DNA from: Terriglobia bacterium
GTDB lineage: Bacteria > Acidobacteriota > Terriglobia > UBA7540
Length of the DNA: 64,000 nt
Assembly (NCBI GenBank): GCA_049519635.1
Contig: JBEKQO010000002.1
Span: 6,106-70,105, forward strand
Reading direction: 5' to 3'
The translations under genes and the position numbers were made by a program. Of this stretch, positions 19,411 through 28,294 are shown piece after piece. Each line of letters starts with the position of its first letter. The first letter of the stretch is position 1. The notes below the pieces were generated by a model. The model was not told the DNA's origin. It ran no database searches and saw nothing but the letters and a program-made list of their open reading frames with translations.

Positions 19411-19624
19411 TAGTCCGGATTTCTCATCACGACTCCGGAAGGGCGGGGCTTTAGCCCCGCCGTTGCAAAGCTATCCTGATTATTTCCAAGTCCCGCACCC
19501 CGCGCAGCTTGCAGCCGCAAGCTGCGCGGGGTGCGGGACGAATTGTGTGTGGGAGCCGCGAATTCGGCGGGGCTGAAGCCCCGCCCTTCCGGCAGCGTCC
19601 AACCTTGGTGAGAAGTCCGGACTA
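19411..19624. repeat. Family-A composite palindromic element with an E-type core
   Basis: Left arm TAGTCCGGATTTCTCATCACGACTCCGGAAGGGCGGGGCTTTAGCCCCGCC. A 50-bp perfect palindrome lies at 19490-19539. The right arm is the inverted copy, ending ...GGTGAGAAGTCCGGACTA. Confidence 0.9.
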
Positions 19625-19692
19625 ACCTTTTGCGCTTTCAGTCTCATCCGATTTTTGGACAGCACGGGAACGTCTTCCGTGGCCGGAAGCCT

Positions 19693-21078
19693 TCACTGCT
19701 TCCTCAAATCCTCGGGCTCATCCGTCAGTCGGCCCAGCATTTCGTAGATCCGGACCAGGGCCTGATTCAGCATGCGCTCGCCGGCTCCCACGGCGACGTA
19801 GGTGTCGGAGTCGGCGGCGCCATAACCGCCCTCCGAGGCCGCTCGGATGGTGGGGAAATAATCATAATAGCCGTTCGCGTAGCCGACAAAGAAAGCGCTG
19901 GGTACCGGGCAGCGCCCCCGCCAGTCGATTTGAAAATCCACGAAGGGCTCCCCGGGCATGCCTATCATAGCGATCTTCTTGTTCAGCAGAACCGTCGTCA
20001 CATCCAGCGCCAGCTCGCGCCGAGGCGATTCGCTGTTCAGCAGGTCGGCGTGGTCCTCATAGATTTTTGGGCCGTACTTCGCAAGCATTCCTTGCCGAAA
20101 TTTTTGGGCGTCCCAGCGCACGGGGAACGTCAGGTAGTCTTCCGTAAACTGCAGGCTGGGCTCCTGCACGGGTTCGGTGTGGATAGTTTTCGCCACCCGG
20201 GCGGCTTCGGCGCCAAGCTGCTCGCCGGTCCAGTCGCGCTTCTTGACAGCGTCATCAACCAGGGGCGTGGTGGCGTAGTAAGGATTGATGTCGCCGTCCC
20301 CGCCCTGCAAGAAGAAACACAGCGGCTGTCCACCCACGGGGTCGCCCACAGATTGCTCGGTGGTCCGGGCCATGACGCCGACAAAATCCGCCGAGTACTC
20401 AAGATTATCAGGCCCAAACACTACGGGGTGGCAGGCGTAGTTCACCAGGATGGCCAGGGGCTTGCCGCCCACCGTGTCGACGCGCAGGACCGACACGGTG
20501 GGATCGAGCGGTGAGGTCGGTACCTTGTCGGGATTCTGCCAGAACATGGCGACCGTGCCGTCAGCGTTGACGCGACGCCGGTTGTAGCCGATGTCAACTG
20601 CGCCGAAGCCCGTCCCCACCTGCGCTTCCACCTCGCGCTGGCAAGCTTCCCCCACGCCCTTGGCGATCTTGTCGAGGTCGGCAGTCTCCCAGGCCGGGGT
20701 CTGGTTGGCGGGGTATTCGTCCAGGATATTGGGCCCGGAATGAGTGTGCGAGGCGGTGGTGAGAAGATACGAAATCCCGCTTTTTTGGGCCAGTTGATTT
20801 CGCAGGCGGGTAAGAGAGGCCGGCCCGAACGTCCGGCCCAGATCGAGCGTGATTAAGGCCAGACGCTTTCCTTGCACCTCAATAACGAGGATGCGTGCGT
20901 AAAGAGGGTCAAGCGTGCCGGTGGAGAGCTGGGTTCGATCGAAATAGCCGTACATGGGCAAGCCCGGCGGTGGAGTGATATCTACTTTCGCAACACCGGC
21001 CTTGAAGCCCGCTCCCCAGGCGAAGCCTGTGGCCGCCCAGAAAAACAGCGCCAACTCCAACGTGCGTTTTCGACGCAT
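19693..21078 (-). CDS. Neutral/alkaline non-lysosomal ceramidase-like hydrolase, secreted
   Basis: Signal peptide, then 'GVAKVDITPPPGLPMYGY...DPLYARILVIE...TASHTHSGP', typical of the neutral ceramidase N-terminal domain family. Confidence 0.75.
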   Translation of the reverse strand: MRRKRTLELALFFWAATGFAWGAGFKAGVAKVDITPPPGLPMYGYFDRTQLSTGTLDPLYARILVIEVQGKRLALITLDLGRTFGPASLTRLRNQLAQKSGISYLLTTASHTHSGPNILDEYPANQTPAWETADLDKIAKGVGEACQREVEAQVGTGFGAVDIGYNRRRVNADGTVAMFWQNPDKVPTSPLDPTVSVLRVDTVGGKPLAILVNYACHPVVFGPDNLEYSADFVGVMARTTEQSVGDPVGGQPLCFFLQGGDGDINPYYATTPLVDDAVKKRDWTGEQLGAEAARVAKTIHTEPVQEPSLQFTEDYLTFPVRWDAQKFRQGMLAKYGPKIYEDHADLLNSESPRRELALDVTTVLLNKKIAMIGMPGEPFVDFQIDWRGRCPVPSAFFVGYANGYYDYFPTIRAASEGGYGAADSDTYVAVGAGERMLNQALVRIYEMLGRLTDEPEDLRKQ

Positions 21079-21086
21079 AAGTCACC

Positions 21087-22037
21087 TCACTTCAGTTGCG
21101 CTTTCGCCACCGCGGCCACCTGGCCGAGCGTTCCAAACCACACTCCCGGCTTTGACTGCATGTAGGTCACCAGGCGGTCGAGCGCCGCTATTCGCGAGCG
21201 GTGCCCGGTCACGAATGGGTGCATCGTGAGCAGGAACAACGTGCCCTCCTCATACGCCTGGTCAAACTCACCCTTGTAGATCTCGTAAACGTCGCTGTCG
21301 CCCACGCGGTTGAATGCATTCGACCGCCCGTCGTAGCTGTAGTAAGCGTAGTCGTCGAGGATCCACTCAACCGGCAACTCAACGAGGCCCGTAGGTGTTC
21401 GGGCGGAGACAATTTCATAGGGACGGTCGTCGGCCATAAGGCTCGAATCATACACTAAGCCGAGGTCGCGGATGATGGCCAGTGTGTCGCCTGTGAAGTC
21501 CCAGGAGGGCGTGCGAATGCCTGCCGGCGGATAGCCCAGGCGTTGCGTCCACCATTGGAATGCCCGCGTCGTCAGTTCCCGCTCCTCGCCGGGCTTCAAG
21601 TTCGCGATGGGCTCGTGGATCCAACCGTGGATGCCGATTTCGTGTTTTAGCGGCGACTGCAGAATGGCATCGATAGCGTCCGGGTGAAGTTGGGCGTCCA
21701 CGGCGGGGATAAAGAACGTCAGCGGGACTCGGTGCTTCTCCGCCATCTGGAGAATGCGCGGCACGCCCACGCGTGGACCGTACTCTCCCCGTGAGAGCGG
21801 CTGCGGAGAGTAATTCCCCGAACGCAAGGGGCCCGATTCGGCGTCAAAGTCGAAGGAGAGCCCCACGGCCACACGCGCCCCCAGGGGCCATTTTTGAGGG
21901 GTCAGGTCACGCCCGGCGCGGACCTTCTCAACCAGTGCTTGAATCCGGGGAAAATCCCACTCCCAAACCGGAGTCTGAGTCTGTGCCAGCAAAGGGACAA
22001 CCCAAAATAGCACGCCAAGCACCGCTGCGATCCTCAT
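21087..22037 (-). CDS. Polysaccharide deacetylase (NodB-homology) family protein, secreted
   Basis: 'VAVGLSFDFDAES', 'HGWIHE' and 'LTMHPF' motifs. Start at MRIAAVLGVLFWVVPLLAQ (22037) with GGAGG upstream. Confidence 0.85.
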   Translation of the reverse strand: MRIAAVLGVLFWVVPLLAQTQTPVWEWDFPRIQALVEKVRAGRDLTPQKWPLGARVAVGLSFDFDAESGPLRSGNYSPQPLSRGEYGPRVGVPRILQMAEKHRVPLTFFIPAVDAQLHPDAIDAILQSPLKHEIGIHGWIHEPIANLKPGEERELTTRAFQWWTQRLGYPPAGIRTPSWDFTGDTLAIIRDLGLVYDSSLMADDRPYEIVSARTPTGLVELPVEWILDDYAYYSYDGRSNAFNRVGDSDVYEIYKGEFDQAYEEGTLFLLTMHPFVTGHRSRIAALDRLVTYMQSKPGVWFGTLGQVAAVAKAQLK

Positions 22038-22098
22038 ACCAACTTCCTCCCTCCAGGCTGCCCGCCCGGTTCTTGGGCTCTGCAATTCCCGGGGGGCT

Positions 22099-22312
22099 TA
22101 GCCCGGATTTCTCACCACCGGTCTGGAAGGGCGGGGCTTCAGCCCCGCCGGAATCGCGGCTCCAACCCTTTGTCCGTCCCGCGCCCCTCGCAGCTTGCAG
22201 CCGCAAGCTGCGAGGGGCGCGGGACACGGGAATAATCAGAAAGGCCCGCAAACGGCGGGGCTGAAGCCCCGCCCTTCCGGCTGCGTCCAGCCGTGGTGAG
22301 AAGTCCGGGCTA
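22099..22312. repeat. Family-A composite palindromic element with an E-type core
   Basis: Same architecture as 19411-19624. The 50-bp palindrome at 22176-22225 differs from the 19490 copy only at paired (compensated) positions. Confidence 0.9.
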
Positions 22313-22405
22313 AATGTCGTGTTACCAATCTGGGGTCCGTAGCCGTGGTGAAAAATCGCGGCATCCTGTTTCAAGGGGCCGGCGCGCGTATCATGGCCTC
22401 GTCCG

Positions 22406-23629
22406 TTATTCGGGAGGCTCAGCAGTTTGCGACTTCGAGATGCCGCCGGTGATTCCTTGGCGAATAGCCAGATTGACTTGATGCTGTTGATCATGGGCTT
22501 TCCGGTAGAGTGCGAGCTCCCTTTTGGCCTCTTCCTCACGCCCTAATCGGAGGTAGGCAAAGGACAATTGATAATGCGCCACGGGATCTGCTGGAGCGAG
22601 GCGCACGGCATTTTCCAGCGGCGCCACGGCTTCCGCTGCCCGGCCGGCAGAAATCAGCGACTTGCCCAGGCCGATGAGCGCATCGGAAAAATTGGGATCG
22701 ATTTTCACGGCGCGCGCAAAGTGCTCAATCGCCTCGTTCCATTGGCGGGTCGAGCGGGCCATCTCCCCAAGTTCATATTCTGACCCTGTATCGTTCGGAT
22801 TGATCTGCAATTCCTCCTCGAACTCCTTGTGCGCCGCGTCCGCCGTGACCGGGTCCATCTCGCCGGCTAACAGCAAGCGCCCAATGTGATAATGAGTCCC
22901 GGGCAAGCCGGGCGCCGCCTCCACGATCTTACGGTATTCGGCAATGGCCTCAGAATTCCTTCCTTGGATTTCCAGCGCATCCGCATCAACCTGCCGCGCT
23001 TGATAGGAACTCGGCGCAACGCGCAGCAGGCGTTGCGAGGTGAGAGTGGAGAGATCCGAAAAGACCCGTGTGCTGAGGTAGAGCACGTCCGGGTCATCGG
23101 GGAAATCCCGGTTCAGCCATTGGAGCCAGTTGGTGGTCTGGAAAGGCTCCGCGATCGTCATTGTGCACCGCGCACCATCGAGTCCCATGAAGCGCCTAAG
23201 CTGGGGATCGCCAACGGGCCCGTAGTCTTTCTGGAGAAGCGGCAGGGCCTCCTTGCACTCTCCGGTTTCCGCCAGACTGAGCGCCAGAAAGTAGCGGGCA
23301 AAAGCCAGCGAGGGTTTTAACTTCAGGGCTTGGCGGCAGGGAGCTATGGCATCTTTTGGTTGTCCGGCCCAGTAGTAGGACGTACCCAAGTTAGCTTGGA
23401 ACTCGGCCACGTCAGGAGCCAGCCGGGTGGCCTTCACAAGGTTTTGAATGGCAGTGGCGTAATCGCGTCTGCCCAACGCCTGGGTGGCCGCGGTAACGAG
23501 GTCCTCTAGTTCGGGAGGTACGGTGGCGGAAGGCGGAGTGGTCCTCTTTCGCGTGGGCGTCTGGGCGTTTGCCACCATTGGAGCCAGAAGTGCGGCCAGG
23601 AAGATGGTGGCGAGAATTCTTTCCCGCAT
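22406..23629 (-). CDS. Secreted TPR-repeat protein
   Basis: Start at MRERILATIFLAALLAPMVANAQ (signal peptide), followed by multiple TPR units (e.g. 'AIQNLVKATRLAPDVAEFQANLGTSYYWAGQ'). Confidence 0.8.
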   Translation of the reverse strand: MRERILATIFLAALLAPMVANAQTPTRKRTTPPSATVPPELEDLVTAATQALGRRDYATAIQNLVKATRLAPDVAEFQANLGTSYYWAGQPKDAIAPCRQALKLKPSLAFARYFLALSLAETGECKEALPLLQKDYGPVGDPQLRRFMGLDGARCTMTIAEPFQTTNWLQWLNRDFPDDPDVLYLSTRVFSDLSTLTSQRLLRVAPSSYQARQVDADALEIQGRNSEAIAEYRKIVEAAPGLPGTHYHIGRLLLAGEMDPVTADAAHKEFEEELQINPNDTGSEYELGEMARSTRQWNEAIEHFARAVKIDPNFSDALIGLGKSLISAGRAAEAVAPLENAVRLAPADPVAHYQLSFAYLRLGREEEAKRELALYRKAHDQQHQVNLAIRQGITGGISKSQTAEPPE

Positions 23630-23944
23630 TGACTTGCCGTGCGTCTCCCCTGGATGGCTGGATCGGAGGCGGCCTTTTCGAGATAACAACATGTCCCACT
23701 CTGGCTTTTTCTTCCCTCGCGGTCGCAAGCCAAAAGGCAGTTTTACCGAGACAATCTTACCAGACGCGCCATGCAAGCAAAGGTAAATAAATTGGTTCGC
23801 CAGTCGGAAGGTCTGCTTGGCAGGGGATTGAATTATCCGCAAATTAAAGTCACGGTGGCGGGGCAAAAGAACAATGAGATGGCACAGGGTTTTTCCAGCG
23901 TGTGGAAAAACACCAAAAACTGTCTTCCTGAGGAGGCAAAGCCG

Positions 23945-24094
23945 GTCCTGAGCATAGCGAAGGAAGGCCCCCTGTATTTGATTTAGAATTCAAATACAGG
24001 GGTCCTTCGCTCCGCCCAGGATGACAGCCTTGGGGCATTGCTCTGCGACGGGTGAATCCTCACCCTTCCAGCCCGTGGTGAGTAATCCCGGTTA
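23945..24094. repeat. Partial family-A/B element (B-like core plus right arm)
   Basis: The core GTCCTGAGCATAGCGAAGGAAGG...CCTTCGCTCCGCCCAGGATGAC encloses the palindrome CCCCTGTATTTGA..TTCAAATACAGGGG. Right arm ...CCCTTCCAGCCCGTGGTGAGTAATCCCGGTTA. Confidence 0.6.
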
Positions 24095-24166
24095 TCAACT
24101 TTGCATGCCTTGCTCGTTCTGTTCCTCGGTTACTGACAGTGACAGGAGTGCATCTTCCCGGTCACC

Positions 24167-27100
24167 CTAGAAAATGAACTTCAGCGCCAATTGCATGATC
24201 CGAGGATCCCAGGCGCCGCTCACGTCGCCGTTGCCTAGATTGTATTGGTTGCCGCTGCAAGGTTGACCCGGCGGCGTCGCCCCGCTGCACCCGGCGCTGA
24301 CAGACTTCCACTGGGTATGGTTGAAGGTGTTGAAGGTCTCCCAGCGGAACTGGACGGTCGAGTGTTCACCATTGAACCAAGGCGTACTGAAATCCTTGTG
24401 CAGGGCGATGTCCCAGTTGTTGCGGCCGGGACCCGTCAGCGTATTCAAGCCCATCCATCCGAACATGCCCGGCTCCCCGTTGGCGCTCAGTTGGGACACA
24501 TTCAACTGGCCTATCGATCCCGGATAGAACCACCGGACCATGGGGCCGTAAATGGGGTTATCATCGATCCCTTTCGCGATTTTCACCGGGCCGAGCGAGT
24601 TGCACATGGCATTCCCGGCTATGCCTGTCCCCATGCCCGCAATGCTGCAACCAAAGTTGACCGGCGGCCCGCTGAAGAAGCTGGTGACACCGCTAACTTC
24701 CCACCCCCCTAATCCATTCCTGACATAGTGTCTCGATGCGTTCTTGAGGAAGGGCAATTTGTAAACATAGTTGATGTTCATGACCTGCGACCGATTCAGA
24801 CTCGAGGTGGCGTAATAGCGCCGCATGTTGGAATCGTCTACACCCGGGTCAGCACCGTAGTTCGAGCCGTCGTCGATCATGTGCGACCACGTGTACGACG
24901 CCTGCAACGTCAGCCCGCGGCCAAATTCATGCCGAAACTCCGATTGCAGGGAGTGGTAATTGGACTGTGCGGACATCTCTCCCAGGCTGATGCTGGAGTA
25001 CCCCTGATACGGCAAAAAGTAATTCGGCGAGACTGCCAGGTTGATCAGGGCCGCCTGCACATTGCAGACGCCATTCTCATTGCAATAAGGGTTGGTCCCG
25101 GCCAGGGCCGGAACCGTCTGAGTCGTACTCCCATCGGGGATTTGATCGAATTGCCGGGTGCGTGAGAGGTGTTCGCTGACATTCCCGACGTAGCTCAGGC
25201 TAAAGCGATTGTTCCCAGTGAACTCGTGTTGCACGCCCAGGCTGAATTGGTTGGTCTTCGGGTAAGGTTGGTTGGGATTGATCATCCCGAACTGGATCGG
25301 CCCGGAAGCTCCGGGAGCAATTGCCCCGTAACCGATGATATTGTAGCCTGTACCAACGGCATTAACAGGCACATTCCCGGCTACACCCTCCGCGTTGGGT
25401 TCGTTGTCGGTTAACTGGTCGAAAAACATCCCGTAGCCGCCGCGGATCACCGTGTTGGGGTTGCTGAACGGCTCATAAGCAAATCCGAAGCGTGGTCCCA
25501 AGCGGACGCCGGTAGGGTATTGACAGCCCTGTGGATACCCCCCCACTCCGCACTCAACGATACCATTGCCATACGTCGTGCCATTGTAAATCTGTCCCGT
25601 GGCAGGGTTCGGTGCGGCGATGTTGCCGCTCGCAAGCAGGGGTGCTTGCAGAGCCGCATTGAACTGAGTGGGCACAAACGCAACGTCCAAGTGGTTCAAC
25701 GTGTCATGCGTGCGCGTCAGGTAATAGGCGCGCACACCCAGGTTTAGGGTGAGTCGGTTGGTAACCCTCCAATCATCTTGAAAGTAGGGCTCCAAACCCC
25801 ACCACTGCCAGTCTCCGTGAGGGTAGCCGCCGATCGGAACTCCGTTCGCTGTGGCGGACACTTCGGCATAGCTGGCGATCCGGCCCAGTTCCATATCCGC
25901 GAGCGCGCTCCCAGTACTGATCGCGGAGCCATTGGAAAAGCTAAGCTCGCCTTGAGCCGTCGCATTCGTGCTCAGCACCGTATAAACATCATGATTGTTC
26001 TCATAGTAACGAATGTAGTGGAAGCCCAGCTTGAGGAAATGCTTCCCCCGCGTAATCGCCAGGTCGTCCCTGATCTCCATGTTAGCTTCGTTGGCTTTGT
26101 AGGGACGAGGGCCCCAATCTTCAGCGAAGCTCAGGGTGGGATCGCTTACGGAGATACCGGGCATAACCGGCTGTGCTTCGTTCGCCGGGAATATGGTTTT
26201 CATCGACCAGTCGGCGGGTTTCGAAGCGGCATTCGGACCCGCGTCAGGACCCGCGTAGTCATACCAGTTGTTGTGGAACATATCGTAGTGGAACATCACA
26301 TCGTTCACGATAGTTGGCGAGAAGGAGTGGGTGAGGTGGAACACCCAGTTGTAACCCGGCCCCCCATAGACGCTGTAAAGGGCATCGTAGGAGGAACTGG
26401 TGTAAAAAACGGGCACCAGATTGTCCGTGAAGCCTTCATGGGTGAACCGCGCATAGACGCGCGTATCGGACCCGATGTTCTGGTCTACACGGACCATCTG
26501 TTGTTGCCAGTTGATCGGAACGCTGAGGGTTGATGTCCAGCCCACCGGACCGTTGTTAGGCAAGGGTACCCAAGCATTCAGCAAATCCTTCGCCTGCGAG
26601 CTCACGGGCACGGTCTTTCCCTCCACTGGAAACGCTATACCGGTCGCGGGGTCGATCGGCATGACGCAACTTGAGATCAGGGGGTTGAAATTGGCGGATG
26701 CCGGGTCGCATTGGCTGAAGTCGCCTTGCCGCATACTGGCGGTGGGGGCGCTGGCGCCGAGGCTTTCCCCTTGTCGCACCCTGCGGAATTCCTGGGAGTA
26801 GAACCAGAAAGTCTTGGACTTGTCCTTATTATAGTGTCCGGGAATATAAAAAGGGCCGCCCGCAGTAAAGCCGAAATCGTTCCACTTCAAGGGTACTTTC
26901 GGAGCATTGAAGGGCGCGTCGCTCGGGTGAAGCTGCTGATTGGTAAAGAATGGGTTGGCGTCCATGATGTCGTTGCGGACATAGTCGTACGCGTCTCCAT
27001 GAAGAGCTCGCGTACCGGACTTGGTCGATATTTCCACCAGAATGCCGGCGCGGGTGCCTTGATCGGCTCCGTAATTCGAGGTCGAAATCTTGAATTCGCC

Positions 27101-27754
27101 AATCGCGTCCAGGCTGGGGGTGGTGTGGAAATTGCCATTCGCCTGGTTATTGTAAATGTTTCCGCCGTCCTGCCGCCAGTCGTTATAGTCGTGGCGGTTG
27201 CCGTCGAACTCGATGTAGCCCAGCAACTTCTTCCCCACCGCCGTGGGGTTGTAGCTGTTGTTTACGGCCGCCCCTGGAACCAGGGTGCCAAGGCTTACGA
27301 ACTGCCGGCCATTCAGGTTCAGGGCCTGAATCTGCGTACCGGTAATGACGGACGATTGCACAGCGTCATCCGTCTGCACCTTGACCACGTTGCCCGCTAC
27401 CGTTATTTCCTGGTTCGTGGTTCCAACCTCCATCTTCAGATCAGCGCGTTGGGTTTGGCCGATCTCCAGGATGACGCCGGTTTGCACGAACTTCTTGAAA
27501 CCTGGCGCCTCCGCCGTGATCGAATAAGTTCCGATCGGCAGGTATCCCACTTTGTACGCACCGGCGGAATCAGACACGGTGGGGCGCTCGATGCCTTGCT
27601 CGGGGGAAGAGACCACGATTTTTACATCCGGCATCGCCGCGCCCGAAGCGTCCACTACCGTCCCTACGATGCTGGCCGTAGACTGCGCTCTTGCCGAAGG
27701 TGGGGCCATCAGGGGGAGCGACAAAACTAAAAGAAGAAAGCCGAGCCTTCTCAT
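24167..27754 (-). CDS. TonB-dependent-receptor-like outer-membrane protein with an N-terminal carboxypeptidase-regulatory-like domain
   Basis: 1195 aa. Signal peptide, then 'GTVVDASGAAMPDVKIVV...GAYKVGYLPIGTYSITAEAPGFK' (CarboxypepD_reg), a long beta-barrel region, and the terminal 'LALKFIF' aromatic residue typical of OMPs. Confidence 0.9.
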   Translation of the reverse strand: MRRLGFLLLVLSLPLMAPPSARAQSTASIVGTVVDASGAAMPDVKIVVSSPEQGIERPTVSDSAGAYKVGYLPIGTYSITAEAPGFKKFVQTGVILEIGQTQRADLKMEVGTTNQEITVAGNVVKVQTDDAVQSSVITGTQIQALNLNGRQFVSLGTLVPGAAVNNSYNPTAVGKKLLGYIEFDGNRHDYNDWRQDGGNIYNNQANGNFHTTPSLDAIGEFKISTSNYGADQGTRAGILVEISTKSGTRALHGDAYDYVRNDIMDANPFFTNQQLHPSDAPFNAPKVPLKWNDFGFTAGGPFYIPGHYNKDKSKTFWFYSQEFRRVRQGESLGASAPTASMRQGDFSQCDPASANFNPLISSCVMPIDPATGIAFPVEGKTVPVSSQAKDLLNAWVPLPNNGPVGWTSTLSVPINWQQQMVRVDQNIGSDTRVYARFTHEGFTDNLVPVFYTSSSYDALYSVYGGPGYNWVFHLTHSFSPTIVNDVMFHYDMFHNNWYDYAGPDAGPNAASKPADWSMKTIFPANEAQPVMPGISVSDPTLSFAEDWGPRPYKANEANMEIRDDLAITRGKHFLKLGFHYIRYYENNHDVYTVLSTNATAQGELSFSNGSAISTGSALADMELGRIASYAEVSATANGVPIGGYPHGDWQWWGLEPYFQDDWRVTNRLTLNLGVRAYYLTRTHDTLNHLDVAFVPTQFNAALQAPLLASGNIAAPNPATGQIYNGTTYGNGIVECGVGGYPQGCQYPTGVRLGPRFGFAYEPFSNPNTVIRGGYGMFFDQLTDNEPNAEGVAGNVPVNAVGTGYNIIGYGAIAPGASGPIQFGMINPNQPYPKTNQFSLGVQHEFTGNNRFSLSYVGNVSEHLSRTRQFDQIPDGSTTQTVPALAGTNPYCNENGVCNVQAALINLAVSPNYFLPYQGYSSISLGEMSAQSNYHSLQSEFRHEFGRGLTLQASYTWSHMIDDGSNYGADPGVDDSNMRRYYATSSLNRSQVMNINYVYKLPFLKNASRHYVRNGLGGWEVSGVTSFFSGPPVNFGCSIAGMGTGIAGNAMCNSLGPVKIAKGIDDNPIYGPMVRWFYPGSIGQLNVSQLSANGEPGMFGWMGLNTLTGPGRNNWDIALHKDFSTPWFNGEHSTVQFRWETFNTFNHTQWKSVSAGCSGATPPGQPCSGNQYNLGNGDVSGAWDPRIMQLALKFIF

Positions 27755-28133
27755 ACGGACCTCCTTTAGAATTTTCCCAAGGGCGACGCTATAGCAACTT
27801 GCAGTTTTCAGTGGGTCGAGGTTGGCGCCTCTGGCACTCCAACCATGCGGTTAAATGCAGAGCGGAGAAAATCCGAGCGCTCCACCGTAGGCAATGTCCT
27901 TCCGGCCAATAAAAACCCACGCCGCCAGGGTAAAAAGGCGTGAATTTATCCGCCTAGCATTTAGATTGATTATCATTAAAGAACTTGGGTGTCAAGTGAT
28001 TTCCTTCTCTATTTCTTCTTTCGTATTTTCTTATTTCGGTAAGTTATGTATGTGTATTGATTTTCTAATGAATGGAATGCGGGACCTTGAGAATGAAAAT
28101 GCCATCCGGCGCGGGACGTTCCGGAAAGCAAGG

Positions 28134-28218
28134 GTAGCGAGGACCTGTTGTTTAGGTCCGCGGCCTTTCCTTGTCCATCGGGGACGAGCCGCGGACCTAA
28201 AAAACAGGTCCGCGCTAC
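28134..28218. repeat. Family-C 85-bp palindromic element
   Basis: GTAGCGAGGACCTGTTGTTTAGGTCCGCGG...CCGCGGACCTAAAAAACAGGTCCGCGCTAC. It is near-identical to 41675-41759. A half copy lies at 58670-58722 and solo ends at 1189-1213 and about 37793-37852. Confidence 0.85.
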
Positions 28219-28294
28219 ACCTGCTGAATTCCAAAGTAGCAGGATCACGTCATAAAGCGACTCGGCCCGCAGTGGTGTTATCGAACGCCACAAG

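Noticed and set aside
21928-22539. ORFs spanning palindromic repeats (also 19340-19665, 29834-30154, 36777-37234, 41248-41901, 46381-46669, 49915-50130 and 58165-58749)
   Set aside because: They are translations of family A/B/C/D repeats, with recurring peptides such as PDFSPRLWKGGA, SFAALRMTA and PPRRSARHPSS. They read open on both strands because the DNA is palindromic. They are not genes.
24245-27730. Plus-strand ORFs inside the TonB-type receptor gene (e.g. 25778-26533 and 26711-27730)
   Set aside because: They are antisense to a 1195-aa ORF that has a signal peptide, a CarboxypepD_reg domain and an OMP C-terminal Phe. They are high-GC artefacts.
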